From: Acidimicrobiia bacterium
GTDB taxonomy: Bacteria > Actinomycetota > Acidimicrobiia > Spongiisociales > ZC4RG35
Direction of reading: 5' to 3'
DNA length: 64,000 bases
Assembly (NCBI GenBank): GCA_965215185.1
Contig: OZ244034.1
Location: forward strand, 2,720,001-2,784,000
Part shown: positions 59,109-64,000 of the stretch, in pieces
Numbering within the stretch: the first letter of the stretch is position 1
Layout of the letters: each line of letters begins with the position of its first letter
Notes under the pieces: generated by a model
Seen by the model: only the letters and a program-made list of their open reading frames with translations
Database searches by the model: none
Told to the model about the DNA's origin: nothing
Position numbers and translations under genes: made by a program

Positions 59109-60320
59109 ATGCAAGTGCTAATCGCAGATAGATTTCCCGAAAAGTTCCTGCTGGAGATAGAGAAGCTCGGGTACAAATACCAGCTTCGCCCCGATCTCAT
59201 GGGTTCATCCCTTCGGGAAGCCCTTTCTGGTGTGCAGGTGCTATTGGTGCGATCCACCGAGATATCGGCTCGGACCATTGAAGCAGCCCCCGATCTGGGG
59301 TGGATTATCCGGGCAGGCGCCGGCTACAACACCATCGACTGTGAGGCTGCCGCCCGGCGGGCCATTTGGGTGTCCAATGTTCCCGGCCGCAACTCCATCG
59401 CAGTTGCGGAGTTGACGATGGGGTTAATTCTGGCTTTGGACCGACGCATACCCGACAACGTGATCGCTATTCGCCAAAAGCGGTGGATGAAAAAGGAGTT
59501 CTCCCAAGCCCAGGGGTTATATGGGAAAACCCTGGGCGTAGTGGGGATGGGTCGCGTCGGCATCGAGGTGGCCAGACGCGCTCTTGGGTTTGGTTTGAAG
59601 ATCTTAGCCCTTGAGAAGTCCCGCTCGCTAAAGACGAGACTTCAGAAGGAGGAGTTGGGGGTGATTTTTGTGTCCCGGCTGGAGGATCTCTTCGAGAAGT
59701 CGGACATCGTGAGCCTTCACATTCCGGCCACACGGCACACCAGAGGGATGGTCTCGACAGATTTGTTGTCTCTGATGAAGCCCGGCTCTTTCCTGATCAA
59801 TACCTCTCGCCCGGCAGTGGTGGACGAGCCCGCCTTGGTTGCGGCGCTCGATCGACAGGACCTATGGGTCGGAATTGATGTTTTCTCCGACGAGCCGGCC
59901 TCGGTTTCCGGGAATTGGGATTCGGCGCTGGTGAGCCATCCCCGTGTATACACGACCCACCACATCGGCGCCTCCACCCAGCAGGCCCAGGAGTCCATAG
60001 CCGCCGAGGTGGTGAGGATGCTGGAGAACTATGCGTTGGGGCAGATTAGTAACGTAGTGAACCTGGGCGTGTTGCCGCCGACCGGGACTTTTCTAACCAT
60101 TCGTCACAGAGACAAGGTGGGGGTGCTGTCCGGAGTCTTGATCGCCATGAGATCGTTGGGGCTCAATGTGCAACATATGACGAACCAGGTGTTCAGTGGC
60201 GCGGGAACCGCGGCGGCGGTCATACAGGTGAAAGGAGAGACACCGGAAAACATGGTGGCTGTGCTGGAGAATCTGCCCCACATCTTGGGTGTTACCACCC
60301 AACGCAGCGAGCAAATGTGA
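59109..60320 (+). CDS. serA: D-3-phosphoglycerate dehydrogenase-like with ACT domain
   Basis: RAGAGYNTID, GMGRVG, NTSR, HIGAST, C-terminal HRDKVGVL ACT domain. Confidence 0.8.
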   Translation: MQVLIADRFPEKFLLEIEKLGYKYQLRPDLMGSSLREALSGVQVLLVRSTEISARTIEAAPDLGWIIRAGAGYNTIDCEAAARRAIWVSNVPGRNSIAVAELTMGLILALDRRIPDNVIAIRQKRWMKKEFSQAQGLYGKTLGVVGMGRVGIEVARRALGFGLKILALEKSRSLKTRLQKEELGVIFVSRLEDLFEKSDIVSLHIPATRHTRGMVSTDLLSLMKPGSFLINTSRPAVVDEPALVAALDRQDLWVGIDVFSDEPASVSGNWDSALVSHPRVYTTHHIGASTQQAQESIAAEVVRMLENYALGQISNVVNLGVLPPTGTFLTIRHRDKVGVLSGVLIAMRSLGLNVQHMTNQVFSGAGTAAAVIQVKGETPENMVAVLENLPHILGVTTQRSEQM

Positions 60321-61501
60321 TGGAAGGCTGGCTGCAGCCGGCCCAAGTCCGGCTAGTCTCACCCAAATTCGCATGGCGGGTGGTTTCTCCCGACTATGAC
60401 TCTATGACTCGCTATGAGATCTACCGGTGGGCCTCGGAGAACCCTGATTCGTTTTGCAACGCCTTCGCCCCCTCGGCGAGTTGGCCCAACCGTTCCTTCC
60501 AGGAGTTGATGAACCAGGCCGCCGACTATGTGGAACGTCAACTCCGCAAGGGAGCGTTCGGTCCGTTGTTGGAGGGGCTGTTTGTGTATCGGATCACCGA
60601 AGACGGTCACCGCCAGACCGGCGTGGTGGGAGATGCGCCGGTGGCGGCCGTCCCGAAAAGGCTTGTTCCGCATGAAGCCACCCGCACCGATCGGGAGGAG
60701 GAACTCTACAACTACATGGGGGAAGTGGGTTACAGCTCCAGTCCGATGGGGCTGGGCTACCCTCCCCAGGCGCAGATCCACCAGATGGTGGAAGAGACCT
60801 GTGAGCACACTCCTAACGTGTCAGTGACCCTTGAAAACGGGTCCCTGCATCAAATCTGGGTAATCCCCCCGGACATGACTGCCCGCCTGCTGGGGGAGTT
60901 TGCCAAGATTCCCAAGGCGTATATCGTCGACGGACACCATCGGGCCGCCGCCTCCGTTCGTCATGCCACCCGGTGGGGCGCAGATCGCACTCACCCGGCC
61001 GGGAGGATGCTGGTGGCGGCCTTTCCAACAGATCAGCTTTGTATAAAGCCTTATCACAGATGGGTGGCGGAAGAAATAACTGGGGAACGGTTGCAGCGAA
61101 AGGTGGGGGCGGTAAGGACCGCGGTGCGTCCCGCCACCATGGGAGAAGCGGTGGCTGTTACCGGTGAGGGCTGTTGGTCGATCAAGTTGTCTCCCGGCCC
61201 AGGAGAAATGGATGCGGCGGCCCTCTACCGCAACGTCCTATATCCCGGGTTGGATGTGATCGACGAGCGCACGGATTCCCGGATGGGTTTCATTTCCGAT
61301 CGGGAAGGTCTGAAGGGAGTGGTAAACCAGGTGGCCGAACATGGAGGCATCGGCTTCATGCTGGCCCCCGCCACCATGGAACAGGTGATTCACGCCGCCG
61401 ACCAAAGGCTGCCCGTACCCCCTAAGGCAACCTTTTTCGTACCCAAGCCGCGCTCGGGGTTTTTCCTGGCTCCCCGGCACGGAGATCATTTTCCCGCCTA
61501 G
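60317..61501 (+). CDS. DUF1015 family protein
   Basis: SPDYD, PHEAT, IVDGHHR, PPKATFF.PK.RSG. Confidence 0.88.
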   Translation: MMEGWLQPAQVRLVSPKFAWRVVSPDYDSMTRYEIYRWASENPDSFCNAFAPSASWPNRSFQELMNQAADYVERQLRKGAFGPLLEGLFVYRITEDGHRQTGVVGDAPVAAVPKRLVPHEATRTDREEELYNYMGEVGYSSSPMGLGYPPQAQIHQMVEETCEHTPNVSVTLENGSLHQIWVIPPDMTARLLGEFAKIPKAYIVDGHHRAAASVRHATRWGADRTHPAGRMLVAAFPTDQLCIKPYHRWVAEEITGERLQRKVGAVRTAVRPATMGEAVAVTGEGCWSIKLSPGPGEMDAAALYRNVLYPGLDVIDERTDSRMGFISDREGLKGVVNQVAEHGGIGFMLAPATMEQVIHAADQRLPVPPKATFFVPKPRSGFFLAPRHGDHFPA

Positions 61502-61523
61502 TTGGCTTGGGGGAAGTTTTCTT

Positions 61524-62684
61524 TCAAAGCTGGTCCCACAGGTTGCCGGCAGCCAGGTCGATAGCGGTCCAAGCCATAGCCACGGCGCCGTCAAAAATCG
61601 CCTGGTGGCCGTCCGGAGTGATGGTTTGGCGGGTGAAGTCGGGTTGGTGGTTGCCGATAGGAGCGCAATGGAGGGAAAGCATGGGGTGGATGGAGGGAAC
61701 CACCAGGGAAACGTTGCCCATGTCGGTTGAACCGGCTTCCGATGGTGACAGGTCGGAACCCTTTCTAAGCGGCCGACCCAAAGCGGCGGAATTGGCGGCG
61801 TAAAGTTTGGTTAGGAGGGGATTGCTGACCAGCTCGGTGTAACCGTGCCCGAGGGTCTCGATCTCCACCTGACATCCGGTAGCCATCGCGGCCGCTTCGA
61901 AACAAGCCATAACGCGCTCTTTCAAGACATCGAGCCGCTCGAGGTCCAGAGATCTGACGTACCACTTGGAGCGGGTCAACGCCGGGATAATGTTGGGCGC
62001 CTGACCGCCTTCGGTGATAATCCCGTGGATCTTGTCGGTGGGCAAGATGTGCTGGCGGAGAGTAGAGAGGTTGACATAGGCCTGCACAAAGGCGTCGAGG
62101 GCATTGAGACCCTGGTGGGGATATGCGGAGGCGTGGGCTTCCTTGCCGTGGAAGACAACGTCCAGTTGAGTGATGGCCAGAAAGGGGGCGTCCACCACAT
62201 CCCGGGGAGCGGGGTGAATCATCATGGCGGCGGAGGCTCCTGCGAAAGCCTGGGCGTTGATCAAGTCCACCTTTCCGCCGAATGCTTCTTCGGCCGGCGT
62301 CCCCAGCACGGTGAGTCGGAATCCCAGTTGCTCTACCACGGGGAGTAGCGCCAATCCGGCTCCCACCGCCGCCGAGGCGATGATGTTGTGCCCGCATGCG
62401 TGCCCCACGTCGGGAAGTGCGTCGTATTCGCAGCAGATAATCAGTTCGGGTCCGTCACTGCCGGCGCGGGCGGCAAAGGCGGTTTCCAGACCGTAGGCGG
62501 GATACTCCACCGTGAATCCGTATCCCCCCAGGACTTGGACGAGTCTCTCGGAGGAGAGGTGCTCCTGGTAGGCCAGTTCCGGATGGTCATAGAGCCAGCG
62601 ATTCAGTTCCTCCAAATTAGGTTGCTGGTCGACAATTCGTTCTTTGGTCTCTTCTTTGAGAGCAACATTTGCCGGGTCGGACAT
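61524..62684 (-). CDS. M20 family amidohydrolase
   Basis: HPELAYQE, EYDALP..GHACGHN, PAEE, GSTDMGNVS. Confidence 0.93.
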   Translation of the reverse strand: MSDPANVALKEETKERIVDQQPNLEELNRWLYDHPELAYQEHLSSERLVQVLGGYGFTVEYPAYGLETAFAARAGSDGPELIICCEYDALPDVGHACGHNIIASAAVGAGLALLPVVEQLGFRLTVLGTPAEEAFGGKVDLINAQAFAGASAAMMIHPAPRDVVDAPFLAITQLDVVFHGKEAHASAYPHQGLNALDAFVQAYVNLSTLRQHILPTDKIHGIITEGGQAPNIIPALTRSKWYVRSLDLERLDVLKERVMACFEAAAMATGCQVEIETLGHGYTELVSNPLLTKLYAANSAALGRPLRKGSDLSPSEAGSTDMGNVSLVVPSIHPMLSLHCAPIGNHQPDFTRQTITPDGHQAIFDGAVAMAWTAIDLAAGNLWDQL

Positions 62685-62822
62685 GGGTGGAGGTTTCCTC
62701 TCTGAAATTGGACCACGGGCCGATGGCCTGCGGCTTGTCAAGGCCAGATTACCAAAGCGCCGGTTTCACCTCTGCGACAGAAAAGGGGGGTGGCTAACCT
62801 CCGCGAAGTGGCGGTGAAGTAG

Positions 62823-63290
62823 ATGGATCTGTCGGAAATGGGGCTTTCCGGATTGAAACCGTCTGTGGAATTCGCCTTCCTGGCTGACGCTATTCAAGTA
62901 GTGGGAGGAAAGCTGTTCGCCCTGGGAGGGGGTTGGGATCAGTTGCTGGTGAGCCAACTCCCCACCCGGCACTCATCAATGGGCATCGGTATGCGAATCA
63001 CCTTTCCCTGGGGATGGGACAAATCTCCGGTGAGTATGGGTGTGGATCTCCAGGACCAGGATGGCAGGAGCATCCTGGGTTCCCGAATGCCCCAGCGAAA
63101 ACTGCCAGTCAAGTCGCCTTCAGGTTTTGCCCCTGGATCGGTCTTCGGATATCCAATGGCTTTTACATTCAACTCACTTCCTTTTGAGGCGGAGGGAGAC
63201 CATTCCTTCGTGATCTATCTGGAAGGCGAGCCGGTTCATCGACTGCGATTTACCGTGCGCGAACGCAAGAGGCGCCTTCCGAGGGTCTAG
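62823..63290 (+). CDS. DUF6941-like hypothetical protein
   Basis: FAFLADA...GGKLFALGGGWD...F...G.H.F pattern. Confidence 0.65.
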   Translation: MDLSEMGLSGLKPSVEFAFLADAIQVVGGKLFALGGGWDQLLVSQLPTRHSSMGIGMRITFPWGWDKSPVSMGVDLQDQDGRSILGSRMPQRKLPVKSPSGFAPGSVFGYPMAFTFNSLPFEAEGDHSFVIYLEGEPVHRLRFTVRERKRRLPRV

Positions 63291-63306
63291 GAATAACGGT
63301 TTGAAT

Positions 63307-63924
63307 ATGACCAAGATAAAGGCGGTTCTATTCGACTTGGGAGGGGTGATCTTAGAATCACCGCTTCACACCCTTTTCTCTTTTGAGGCTGAACAGGGGC
63401 TTCCCCCGGGGTCAGTAGGGCGAATCGTTTCGAACGGAGGCGGAACGGGTGCTTGGGCCCGTCACGAACGGGGAGAGATCAGCGCCGAGTGCTTCTATCG
63501 CTGCTTCGGCGAAGAAGCCCGACAAATGGGGTTGGATTTGGACGTTGCGCAGATGATGAGGAGAATCGAATCCGGCGTAGGTGTGCGGCCCCTGATGGTG
63601 GCGGCGGTGCGCCGACTGCGGAGAGAGGGTTTCCTGGTCGGGGCTGTCACCAACAACTGGAAAGGGCTGGATATGACTTCGGCGACGGAGAATTTCGAGA
63701 TGGTTGTGGAGTCCTGGGTGGAGGGGGTCCGCAAGCCCGAACCCGAGATCTATCGCCTGGCGCTTTCCCGGTTGGGAGTGGAGGCTGCCGAAGCGGTGAT
63801 GCTGGACGACATCGGGGCCAACCTTAAGACGGCCCGCCAGATGGGCATGGCCACCATCAAAGTAACCGATCCCACCGCTGCCTTGGAGGAGTTGGGCGCG
63901 CTGGTGGGAGTTGCACTCCCGTAA
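63307..63924 (+). CDS. HAD-superfamily phosphatase
   Basis: FDLGGV, TNN, RKPEP.IY, LDD. Confidence 0.92.
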   Translation: MTKIKAVLFDLGGVILESPLHTLFSFEAEQGLPPGSVGRIVSNGGGTGAWARHERGEISAECFYRCFGEEARQMGLDLDVAQMMRRIESGVGVRPLMVAAVRRLRREGFLVGAVTNNWKGLDMTSATENFEMVVESWVEGVRKPEPEIYRLALSRLGVEAAEAVMLDDIGANLKTARQMGMATIKVTDPTAALEELGALVGVALP

Positions 63925-63942
63925 AGAAGGAGCCGTTATCAA

Positions 63943-64000
63943 ATGATTCTTCCATCGCTGCCGTCTGCCTACCGGGAACAGTTTTGTGAGCCCTTGGGGT
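63943..64000 (+). CDS. Start of the next gene (partial)
   Basis: AGGAG RBS followed by ATG; MILPSLPSAYREQFCEPLG is open to the window end. Confidence 0.5.
   Translation, partial: MILPSLPSAYREQFCEPLG

Overview
High-GC bacterial chromosome segment. The gene set points to Actinomycetota, most likely Acidimicrobiia (inference from DUF3151, bS22, F420 PPOX protein, LigC, Asp-type MurA and many apparently leaderless genes). It is mostly housekeeping and metabolic: SPFH/NfeD, ppdK, clpB, ligC, thrB, kbl-like, mmsA, zwf, a caa3-type cytochrome c oxidase operon, lgt, tRNA-Glu, dsbB/TlpA, rpiB, murA, menA/menB and serA-DUF1015. Several loci are decaying: a DUF222 fragment, a Fic fragment, an MFS relic, and a rearranged peptide-ABC/catabolic locus. 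The best candidate for an undescribed system is at 51.5-52.8 kb. There, a leaderless 20-aa Phe/Tyr-rich leader peptide with a clear terminator/antiterminator switch precedes a DAHP synthase-chorismate mutase fusion. The DAHP synthase barrel has lost its substrate-binding motifs, while the mutase domain looks intact. Other leads are a His-rich three-gene membrane module beside the oxidase operon, a probable ATT-initiated ferredoxin, and a tandem MFS expansion with a fourth relic copy. All calls come from reading motifs by eye; no database searches were run.
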